A DNA stretch of 64,000 nucleotides from the human T2T-CHM13v2.0 reference genome, Homo sapiens. The notes below the pieces were generated by a model. The model had not been told where the DNA came from. It was given only the letters and a program-made list of their open reading frames with translations, and did no database searches. Positions 53,320 to 64,000 of the stretch are shown here, piece after piece. Position 1 is the first letter of the stretch. Every line of letters starts with the position of its first letter. The stretch lies in NCBI RefSeq assembly GCF_009914755.1, contig NC_060942.1; one strand, written 5' to 3'. The position numbers and the translations under genes were made by a program.

Positions 53320-56300
53320 GTCCTTGGTCTGTTAAACTGTTTAATGAATGCATAAAAAGGCAGAAAAATATATAAAGCCAAAAGCTCATAATAAAATTAA
53401 ATCATGATACAACCACCACAGGCAATTACCATCAAATACATTCCCATGATTTACAAATGTATCGCTTATACAGAGGAAGTTGCAAAATCACTGCCAGTAC
53501 AGACACATCCAGTCTAATTAACTATCGTCTATTCATACAACAGCAACAACTGCAGCTCCTGAGACCACAGAAGGACACAGTGAGCAGCTGGTGACTGAGC
53601 CAGGGTAGCCTCCGATCAATAACTGATCAGAGTAATGAGACTTCGAGAGGAATGCCTATAAGAAATCTCAAAAGGTATTTGTTTGGGTGCAGAAACAAAT
53701 GCACCCTCCACATTTGGATTTTCTCTAGAAGAATCTGTGGCCAAATCTCTTATCCAATGGAGGTACTGAGTGGCTGGATCAGTTACCATGCAAGCTCACG
53801 ATGAATGAGATTGAATTTGGTTCTGTGTGCACACTGGGCTCTGGGGAGGGAGGACACCCCTGTGTGTTGCTGCTGCCTTCCGTGCTGTCTACTGTATCCT
53901 TCATGTGTCTCCAAATGGTACACGCCCCATGGGATTACAGAACACAGCTACAGAATTAGGATCTCATGGTAACAATGAGGAATTAGGTTACTGTAGAACT
54001 AAAATATGTTTAATGAAATTAAAATGCAATGGAAAAAAAATCAGGCAACAGAACATTCTGATGAATTTACAGGACTGATTATATCCCACGGCACTGAATG
54101 ACAAACAGTTCTTCTCCATACAGTCGCAATTAGAGGCATAGAAGTCATACTGAATGCTGAATAGAAGAACACTGAGAAGAGCAGGTTATAAATGAAGGTT
54201 TTCACATAAAACAGAAAAATAGACAAAATCATCGGTAAGAAGCTAGCTTTCGAAAACCTCCCTAAAAGTACACGGCACGGAGAAGTGGGGTACTGGGATG
54301 TCCTGGCTGCTTTCTGCTTTGGGAACTATCCAAGTGGCACATCACCATGTCCAGCTTAGGTGTCTTGTGAAACCTTACTTCCTCCACATAAAAAGGAAGG
54401 AACGGTTTCCAAAGCTAATGTTTCCAGGCTCTGCCTCGTGACACTCAAGTGGCCTCAGATATGAGCACTGGCACAGAGTGATGCTGGAGAGGTCACTTAG
54501 AGAGAAGCTGCCGGGCCAAGCACACGACAATCTTGGCCCTAAGTGCTCACCCATTCCTCATGTGACCCTGACATTCCGGGGAACTGGGAAACCTGTTCCT
54601 TAAAGGCAACAACAGTCCTTTCTTTCCTCTCACAACAAAGGAGCATGTTCTCCGTGAATGCACTTTTCATTTACGGCTCTCAAAAGAATATGCCTTCTCA
54701 AGGAATTTTTAATGCACTTTTCTTGAATGTCAGCTCCCAGCAACACAAGCATGGGTGTTGTTAGGGCATTCCCGGGCTCGGGGGCGGCCGCTCCAACATG
54801 TGGTACCAGCGGCCATGTGCCCTCAAGGGGAGGGAGGAAGAGCACAGGAGGGTGGGAGGAGGACAAACAGCCCCTTTTATAGGGTCATGGGGGGGCTCCA
54901 CTCAGAGTCTGGCAGGAATCTGCCAGGAAAACCTCGTTCTAGATAGGGAGAAGCAGAACTGTGTGTGGGGCAGGCCGCCGTGGTCCTGAGAGACAGGGCC
55001 CGGGCCTTCCACTGCTCGTTTGCACACCTCTTCGGCCTATCCCAAGGACCTTCCTAGCATATAAAAACAGGGGCTCTCCTGATTTGTAAACAGAACAACA
55101 AATAAAAATAAAAACAAAACCAAAAATTCCTCCATGGCAGCCCACCCAATGAATACCCCAGATTTTTAGGGCCATTGCGGGTCTGTAGCTGGGTGTAGAG
55201 AGAGTTAAGCTTTCATCTCCCATGTTTACAACACTTTGTGATAAAATAGTTGAGTGGAGCAATCACATCCCCACTGCGTGCGCTCCCCCGGGATGCCTCA
55301 CAGCTGCTCTGTGATCACACGTGCAAATGTTATTATTATTATTTTTTGCCTTTGGCATCAAAGGGCAAGCCTGTTCATTAAAAAATCTTCTATATTCAAC
55401 ACTCCATAGTGAAAAGAATGGATACTTCAAAATTCCTAAAGCAATCATGTGAAAATTATTTTTATTTTTAAAATTTTTGAAAGTGTTTTGATTTTTATGG
55501 GTCCTTGATAATTGGCCAGCCCTGTTTTGCAAAGAGATGGACTATTTCTGAGACTAGAATGTTTTCTTTGAAAATATTGAAGAGTATAAGAGATTTAAGA
55601 CAATAAAGGCTGTAATCTTACCATAAAGGAAGAAAAACATCTATGTGTGTCAATATTGTTTTGAGATAAAGTCACAATGATTGATATCAATGCTTTCACC
55701 ATTTTATTTCAACTTAAACCAGTGTCACTCACATGAAGCTTATTTTATAATACATATTATCCAGTGATTTCATCTTTTCTGCACAGTTTAAGTACATTTT
55801 TTTTTTCTGTACCTTGAAGTAAGCAGAATAGTTCAAGCTTTCAAAACTGGTGATGCTGTATGCGTGAGGGATGCTTACATAATAGCAACGCTTTATTGGG
55901 CAACCCGAATCCATACATGTCTGGTGTGGTTTGATAGCTGGGCTTGAAAAAGTGCTTCCAGTTGAAATTAGCATTAGAAATCGGTTAGAACACCAACATT
56001 TCAGGGTGAGGGAGGACTGCTACAAAGGAAAAGAACATGTCTACAAATGCACTGAAAGAACTAGCCAGAATATGAATTCCATTAGTATCTAAGACACACA
56101 AAATGTCATTTACAAATAAGTCACGGCAAGTGTCACAACCTGAAATCTCAACTCAGACAGATGGTAGAGATGTTAACAGTTGCCTGAAACTTTGATGTGC
56201 TTTCACGCCCACAGGAAAGGTAAAACTGACATTTGTGTTTCTCTTCAACAATTTCATGATCAATAAAGAATTGCAGTTGGAGACTAAAGCAAATTCTAGA

Positions 56301-57346
56301 AACTCCTTAACTCCAAGTTGCCCTATGGTTTTTATGATTGCATGTTATCAGAATGAGGCGCTCTGTTCCACACTTTATTCAAAAGCCTTTTACGCTCCCA
56401 CAAGGCCTTCTGGAATTCCAGAATCAGCCCTGCACACAGGCAGAAAAACAGCTTCATCTTACAGGTTGTGTGAGAACACCCAATAAACTAGGGACTTTTT
56501 TGGGAAAAACTTCTTTCTCTCCAAAATTACACAACCACCAAACACTCTAAACATCACGTAAAATACTGCATCTGCAATCTGAATGGCACTCAGGGACCAG
56601 CGCTTTGATGAACCAGCAGCCACAGGTTCTCCACTGACAATCAACTGCAGAAACCACTCCTAGACTCTGGACCCCATAGCAGAGTTTTTTTTTTTTTTGT
56701 AATACATTTTTATCCACATTTGCTTTTGAATAAAGAAACTTCTAAGACTCTGTATGCAAATTAATGGAATCACAAGATAATAAAGCTTTGATTCATAGAC
56801 ACTCATTTATCCCTCCCCCCTTCCACTTCTCAGACCACAGAGAACGTTTGCTCAAGGCGGATTTAAATTGAGGAGTTTGTTCAAAAGTCTTCCTCGACCT
56901 CAATCCTATGATTGTCGCAGAGCAACATGAAGCTAGCAGCACTGACTCCAGGAAAAAACGAGCATAACCCAGTGTTGAACCCCAGCGTGTGGGCTGCAGA
57001 GGCAACATCAGTCATCAAGTCCGCAAGCACACACCACCAGAGACCCTGAGAATGTGGCTCTCTTTCTGCAACGCCCATGTCCAGGCACCCTTAGAGATCC
57101 AGAATTCAGCATGTCCTTACATTCCTGAGCCACACCCCGGCCACCATCCCTTGTGAGGAAAAGAGGGGGTGAGTTAAACGAAAACGTCCTAAGCAGCCAC
57201 TCAGGCCCACACTCTTGGGCTCATATGCATTCTCCAGCACGGAACGAGACCTTAGACAGCAAGAGGCTACGTGCCAGTTCTTCCTCTAATGGCTGAGTTC
57301 ACCTACTGATTTCTCCTTTGCTTTTTCCATTTAAACTAAAACTCCT
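53320..57346 (-). other. MBP: Probable long 3'UTR of the read-through Golli isoform (HOG5/BG21-type)
   Basis: Repeat-poor, UTR-like sequence after the read-through stop. Candidate ATTAAA on - at 53345-53340; other AATAAA hexamers, e.g. 55897-55892. The 3' end is inferred. Confidence 0.5.
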
Positions 57347-57364
57347 CTACTCCTCAGAGCTCAC
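57347..57364 (-). CDS. MBP: Golli read-through C-terminus (VSSEE*)
   Basis: Skipping the exon-1 donor gives ...[12 protein letters not shown], the known end of the short Golli isoform. Confidence 0.85.
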
Positions 57365-57541
57365 CTTGCCAGAGCCCCGCTTGGGCGCACCCCTGTCACC
57401 GCCAAAGAAGCGCCCGATGGAGTCAAGGATGCCCGTGTCTCTGTGCCTTGGGAGGAAGCCATGCCTGGCATGGTCCATGGTACTTGCTGTGGCCAGGTAC
57501 TTGGATCCGTGCCTCTGGGAGGGTCTCTTCTGTGACGCCAT
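57365..57541 (-). CDS. MBP: MBP classic exon 1 coding part
   Basis: ATG at 57541-57539, [59 protein letters not shown], donor AAG|GTGAGC. Confidence 0.98.
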
Positions 57542-57801
57542 CACATCCAGGCTCTCGGAGGTGGCTGCACTGTCTTCTTGGATGGTCTGGAGCTCGTCGG
57601 ACTCAGAGGGCCTGTCTTTGAAGGTGTTGTCCTCCCTCCCCGGGGCATCTCGGGAAAAGAGGCGGATCAAGTGGGGGCGGCTCCCTGGGTCAGCTGGGTG
57701 GGCATCCTGCCAGGCATTCTTCGGGTCCGCTGTGCGCTTGGAGTCAGTCACCGCTGTGTCCTGAGAGGAGGTCCCATTGTTCTGGTTCGCATCTGCCTCT
57801 C
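57542..57801 (-). CDS. MBP: Golli-specific coding segment (Golli exon 5A) in frame with classic MBP
   Basis: Acceptor TTTGCAG| at 57802, phase 1. Encodes (G)[86 protein letters not shown]. Upstream Golli exons lie beyond the window. Confidence 0.95.
57590..57790 (-). promoter_or_regulatory. Classic MBP proximal promoter overlapping the Golli coding exon
   Basis: TATA-like TTCAAA at 57622-57617, GC box at 57674-57680, NFI-like TGGCAggatGCCCA at 57712-57699, Sox site AACAATG at about 57781-57775. Confidence 0.75.
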
Positions 57802-58626
57802 CTGCAAACAACAATGAGATATGAATACGGGCCTGTGCAAAGCTGAGCACCGGACAAAGCAGCTTTCTCTGAGGGGTCTTGACCTAGCTGTCTCCTATAA
57901 AACCCACAGAATATGTGCAGTCCTCATAAAGCCCTTGGCCTAGGATGGAGCTAACCTGGATGGAGCAGCCTTATTGCAGCTCTGTGTTTCAGAAGGCTCT
58001 GGGAATTCCTCAGTTACTCGAGATTTGGCACCCAGCGTAAAATGCACCCAGGCTTCCCGATGAAGTCATCTGAGCATGCAGAGCAGCCACATCAGCGTTT
58101 CTTCCCGGGTGCTGCCATGGCTGCTCCCGGAGAGCCCAGATGTGCAGGCACCTTGATGGGACATTGACTGTTTAAAAGGCCACTGGTGCATAAGTTAAAT
58201 ATGCAAGGAGCATTTATTTGACAAAAGGTGTTTTTAGTTTTCTTGGTAGAAACAAAACTTGCCACATCTTTTTGCAATTCATGCATGAAAGAAGTGGGGC
58301 ATTTAGAATTGTTTCAATCCCAGATTCCACAAGAGGCCTCTCACAATAGAGAACTGCTTATTCAGGACATTTTGACTTGGCTTCTCCTCTGGAAGCAGAA
58401 ACAATTAGAAATCTGAAGTGGGATTGAGATATTTCATGTTGTATACCAGCATCTCATAGCTTTCTCCAAAAAATACCACATTTCTGTCACGAAGGGCAAT
58501 GAATCCATTTTGCTTTCAAGTTAGAGTGTTAGGTTTAAATAAATATCATTTAGTTAGTTTCCTCTCCAAACTCTATTACTTATCTACAGAAAACAGGATT
58601 CACTCACATATTCCTGTAATACCAGT

Positions 58627-59615
58627 CATCCATCTATCTCTCTATCCATTCATCCATCCATCCACATAACAGTCCATTTACCCATCCATCCATCTATCCA
58701 TCCATCCATACACACACCCACCTACCCATCCATCCATCCATGCATCCATCCATCCCCCATCCACTCATCCATCCGTTCACCCATCCACCCACCCCTCCAT
58801 CTATCCACTCATCCATCCATCCACTCATGCATCCATCCATCCACATATCAGTCCATTTACTCATCCATCCATCTATCCATCCATCCATACACATACCCAC
58901 CTACCCATCCATCCATCCATCCCCCATCCACTCATCCATCCACCCACCCACCATCTATCCACTCATGCATGCATGCATCCATCAATTCATCCATTCGTCA
59001 TCCATCCATCCACATATCAGTCCATTTACCCATCCATCCATCTATCCATCCATCCATACACACACCCACCTACCCATCCATCTATCCATCCCCCATCCAC
59101 TCATCCATCCATTCATCCATCCACCCACCCCTCCATCTATCCACTCATCCATCCATCCATCCATCCATCCATCCACATATCAGTCCATTTACCCATTTAT
59201 CCATCTATCCATCCATTCCATCCATCCCCCATCCACTCATACATCCATTCATCCATCCATCCACCCCTCCATCTATCCACTCATCCATCCATCCATCCAT
59301 CCATCCATCCATCCACATATCAGTCCATTTACCCATTTATCCATCTATCCATCCATCCATCCATATATCCACCCATCCATCCATCCACTCATCCATCTAT
59401 CCATCCATCCATCCATCCATCCATCCATCCATCCATCCATCCATCCACTCATGTATTCATCCATTTACCTACCTGTTCATCCATCCATCTATCCATTCAT
59501 CCATCCATCCATCCATCCATCCATCCATCCATCCACTCATGTATCCATCTATTTACCTACCTGTTCATCCATCCATCCATCCATCCATCCATCCATCCAT
59601 CCATCCATCCATCCA
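58627..59615. repeat. MBP 5' (TGGA/TCCA)n complex tetranucleotide repeat
   Basis: About 1 kb of TCCA variants starting about 1 kb upstream of classic exon 1. A known polymorphic MBP marker. Confidence 0.95.
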
Positions 59616-59735
59616 TTATTTATGAGTACCAAATAGGTGTAATGTACCATTCTAAATATCTGAGTTACAGTGATTGTAATTCACGAGGTCCTTGTCCTCG
59701 TGAAACCTACATTCTAGTGGGGAAAGCAGGTGAAA
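59610..59735 (-). mobile_element. LINE-2 3'-end fragment (continues beyond the MLT1 at about 60200-60900)
   Basis: tatttatgagtacc...gtccttgtcctcgtgaaacctacattctagtgggga resembles the reverse L2 3' end. Confidence 0.6.
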
Positions 59736-59740
59736 ATGTA

Positions 59741-60190
59741 TGTTATGGATTGAATAGTATCCCTCCAAATGATATGTCCATGTCCTAACTTCTGTACCTG
59801 TGAGTGTGACCTTATTTGGAAATAGATCTTTGCAGGTGGAATCAAGTGAAGATGAGGTCATTCTGCAGTAGGGTGGGCCCTACTCCAATCACTGGTGTCC
59901 TTGTAAGAAGAGAGCAGTTTGGACACAGCCACAGATGCACAGGGGAGAGGTGTGAAGATGGAGGAGGAGCCTGGAGGGGGGCATCTACAAACCTCAGAAC
60001 ACCAAGCACTTCTGGCACCACCAGGAGTAAGAGACATGGAGCAAATTCTCCTGTAGAGCCTTCGGGGGAAGCAGGGCTCTGCAGACATCTCAACTTGAGC
60101 TTTCTGGCCTTCACAATGGTCACAGAAGAATTCCTGTAGTTTGAAGCCCCCAGCATATGGTAATTTGTCTTGGCAGCCCCAACTCATGCA
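59741..60190 (+). mobile_element. MaLR solo LTR (MLT1-like)
   Basis: TGTTATGGattgaat start, gtgaccttatttggaaatag internal motif, CA end, near-perfect 5-bp TSD atgta/atgtg. Confidence 0.85.
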
Positions 60191-61954
60191 ATGTGCAACT
60201 TCACATCAGGCAAGAGAACAGGAAAGCAGAGAGGGCTTGGGTCAGCAGGAAGGTCCTTGCGGAAATGACAGGACAAGATGAGAGTCTGGGCCCTGCGAGG
60301 ACTTGGGGAAGTTGGGGAGGGTGCTTCTGGCAGAGGGGAAGGCAGCCCCCACTGGAAGCCTGCGCGGAATCGGCTCCCGGTGGCGGAAGCAGCAGGAGAG
60401 CGGCCATGCTGGTTCTGGGTCCAGGAGGATGGCCGGGCTGAGAACCTCCCAGGCCAGGCAGTAACCTGGGAGGCAGGAGGGCCTGTGCAGGGAACTGACC
60501 ATCTGTGAGCAACAGCAGGGGTATCACAGCCTTGATGGCTGTGAACAGACTGTGGAAAGGGCAGAGCAGGCAGCTATGTGGCGAGAAGACAGGGCTTGGT
60601 TTGGGGAGCAGCGGGGCCTGGGGAGGGAAGATTCTAGTGGACGGCCTCTGTGGAGGGATATGATGGAGATGGTGGTACCCAGAGGCCGGGGGCACCTTGG
60701 CTTCCATCCTGAGCAATTGGGAGAGGGACAGGGACTGGGAGTCTGGCTGGGACACTAAGGAAAGAAAGGTCTCTGGCCTGGGGTGGGGGAGTGGGGAGAG
60801 TGGCTGCAGGTGGCCTGGTTGGGGAAGGTGTAGACAGGGAACCAGCGAACAGTTGAGAATGCATGCCTGCCAAGCGACCAAGAGTGAGCAGTGGACAGAT
60901 ATTCTTCTACGTCGGTTTCCACAAAGGACCTCTTTCAGTAACTGCCCTGGGGTCCCCGTGACCCCTCCAGTTTCCCTGACTTGCTAGGAGAGCTCCCGGG
61001 ACTTAGGATATGGTCCTGTCACTGCTATGACTCATTGCAATGAGAGGTGCATGGCGAAGTCCAGGAACCCCTCCTCAGAGTCACATGGGAGGCTGAATTT
61101 CCCAGCACATGCTGTGACCCCATGTGTGACATGCTGTCTGTTAGGGAGGCTCGTTAGAGACCCTTCCCAGGGCTTTACTCGGGGCTGGTCTCATAGGCTG
61201 CCTCGCTTGGTGCCACCAAGATTCCAGCCTTCAGAGGAAAGGCGCTGTTCTGCACAGACCATGTGGTGCTCACAGCTGTTCCGGCACAGCGAACCACCCT
61301 CCCGGTTAGGGCATGGTGGGTGGGAGCACTCTGGAAACCCGCATTCCCAGACCACACCCCGGGACCTAGCTCACCACAGGCCTGCCTAAGAGTGGACGGC
61401 TCCAGGCTGCAGTGTGAACTCTTTTCTGCACAATTACTAAGAGGCAGGAAAGTCATAAAGACGTTGGTGAGGAAAAGATGTTTCTCATGTGGTTTGGTTC
61501 ACACTAAAAATACTTTGAGGGCATTTCTTCACGTGGACTGAGAAGACACATAACTTGGGGGATGTTAAGTTGTTAAACTAAATGTCTGGAAGAGTGTTGT
61601 CTTCTGAGAAAGAGTCCTCCACCCTCCGCTCCGTACAGCCTTGGTATCAGCAGCTCTGAAGATGAAGCCGTAGGAGCAGCCTCTCGGGTGGAAGATTCTA
61701 CGTCTCTTGGCAGCAGCTCTCAGGGAGAGTGGGACTGACACATTTCCCACCTGAGTTAAGTTTGTACTTGGTAAGGTTAGGTGACCCCCGCTCTGGTGCA
61801 CACACACCCACGTGTACACACACACACGCAAACAGGCAGAGCACCACCAGAATTGGAACCCAGGTTCAGCAATTCTTGTAGAAACTTTAAATAAAAATGC
61901 AATTTCCTCTTGCATTAATAGCACTATTGACTAAGCCAGATGACAGCCTGCTAG

Positions 61955-62315
<361 letters not shown>

Positions 62316-64000
62316 TCTACTTTTAAGCCATCATGAGCACTTGGACTCCAATGCAGCTCCTTTCTTTATTTCTCAGTGTATTTCCCGGGGTCTTTGGCCA
62401 ACTGCAGCGGGTGGCCTTTTTTGAATCTGAGAACGCACGGTGACACAGGCCCCTTCAGCACTGAGGTCTCATCTGGGGGATGCGAAGAGGGGAGGGCACC
62501 AGTTCTGGGGGTGGTGGCATGGGAGGAGTGAGGTGGGGTTGCTTTCCTTCTGCTGCTGATAGTCGTGGATGTTTGCACACTTACAACTCTCGCTCATTGG
62601 AAAAAGGATTCCAGTGCTTCTGATTTTTTTAATCAAAATCATCTGGGTTGAGAAACTGCCCTGTAAGTGAGACGTATCATGCAGTCCACATAAGACCTGG
62701 TTCCAAGGCAGGTTAACCTGCTCTCACATACATTACAGATGTTTGCCAACAGCAAAGTGTAAAGCCAGCAGTTGGAACCCAGGGTCGCGGTGGTCTCGTC
62801 CATGCACCCAAGGGATTGCGTACGGCTGCCAGTGTGACTGTGCTGGCTGAGCCCTGTGCCTGAAAAATAGGTCACCTGCTCCAGGACAAGTGCGGAAAAG
62901 GCAGGACCAGGTGGGGCGGGAGACTTCGGTGGCACCGTTCTTCCATGACCACTGGTGAAATTCAACTATGTAAGAACGCTAAGCTTTATAACATATTATT
63001 AAGTACATCATTGCACTGTAGTGTTTGAAAAAGCAACGTGAAGAATACTGTGGTCAGTACAAAGCTGCAGTTTTTGCAGGGTGCAATGCTTATTTATAGG
63101 TTGCAAGAACAACAGAAATGATTAGTCTGATTTTATAGCTGTGCTTTATGTTCTCTAGCTAATATAAATTAATGCAAATGTGAAAGGAAAACAATAGCTA
63201 TATTGTACATAATTAAATGCATTAACAAAACACAAGAACATCTGAATACTAATATTTTTGCAACAGTTGGGCTTTGTGTCCCTGAATGCAGTTATTTGTG
63301 AGGCACAGAGAAGGGCATTTTTGTCCCCAAAGTAGCTTCTCCCAACACATAAGAAGTATGCGAAGAAGTCTAAATCTATGGATGTGCAGCGTTTTTGGTA
63401 GGGGCGAGTGCAGTTTAGTCGTTAATATTGCCTTCAGTCAAACGAAATCCCAATGCAGACTTTTACATTTGGATATTTATAGAGCAGAGCATTATTACAC
63501 AATTAGTGAAACATGCAGATCTACATTTTCCAAAATATGTACTTATAATATTTTCTGTGGTATTAATCGATTTCTGCAATTGCAGGAAAACTTCCTTAAA
63601 CAACAACACCACACCCTAATCTTATTGCTAGGACAATGCTGGCCTTTAGAAGGTGGTGATATTCAAATCACTGACCATCTGTGAGCAACAACAGGGGTAT
63701 CATGTATCTCCGAGTGGTTTCTGAGGCACAGAAATGCACAGCAGGACGCAGCTGTGATATGTGGGGGATAGCGTTTACTAAATAAAGAAACTCAGGCGTC
63801 ATGACCTGAGGAAGCTCATCTTCCACTGAGGTGGTGTTAATGAAAGGTCACGTGGCCTCATTTTTACAGTGTGACTGGCTGCTTCCAGTGGCTCATCCCC
63901 AGCACACAAGCGTCGCCAGGTCCTGCCACTCCTTCTTTTGGACTATTTCTTATGTGACCACAACCCCCCGCTTCCTTTGCTTGCTGCCGCTTTCTGCTGG

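Noticed and set aside
57318-57764. 148-aa antisense ORF over MBP exon 1
   Set aside because: Shadow frame of a GC-rich coding exon with a non-ATG start.
58694-59788. His/Pro/Ser/Ile-rich ORFs of 218-298 aa
   Set aside because: Translations of the (TCCA)n repeat.

Overview
This is human/primate genomic DNA, recognisable as 18q23. It holds the 3' end of ZNF236 (+ strand: last two coding exons and 3'UTR) and, tail-to-tail with it, the classic myelin basic protein transcription unit of Golli-MBP (- strand). All seven classic MBP exons can be read with GT/AG boundaries: 59+26+35+12+11+40+14 = 197 aa, the 21.5 kDa form. The Golli exon that embeds the classic promoter and the read-through Golli end (GKVSSEE*) are also present. 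The rest is intronic or intergenic: a TSD-flanked, internally deleted L1PB-like LINE, a 2.1 kb 38-41 bp VNTR, the MBP (TGGA)n repeat, eight Alus, two MLT1 LTRs, an ERV1-type solo LTR, a MER1 and old L1/L2 fragments. This is a well-studied locus and I cannot support a wholly new biological system. The best leads are an L1 whose ORF1-ORF2 deletion may be a splice product, a sense LTR poly(A) signal next to MBP exon 3, possible recursive splicing at MBP exon 2, an L2-tail origin for the TGGA repeat, a SoxE/POU enhancer candidate and two unexplained dispersed micro-duplications. Repeat subfamily names come from memory of consensus sequences and need Dfam confirmation.
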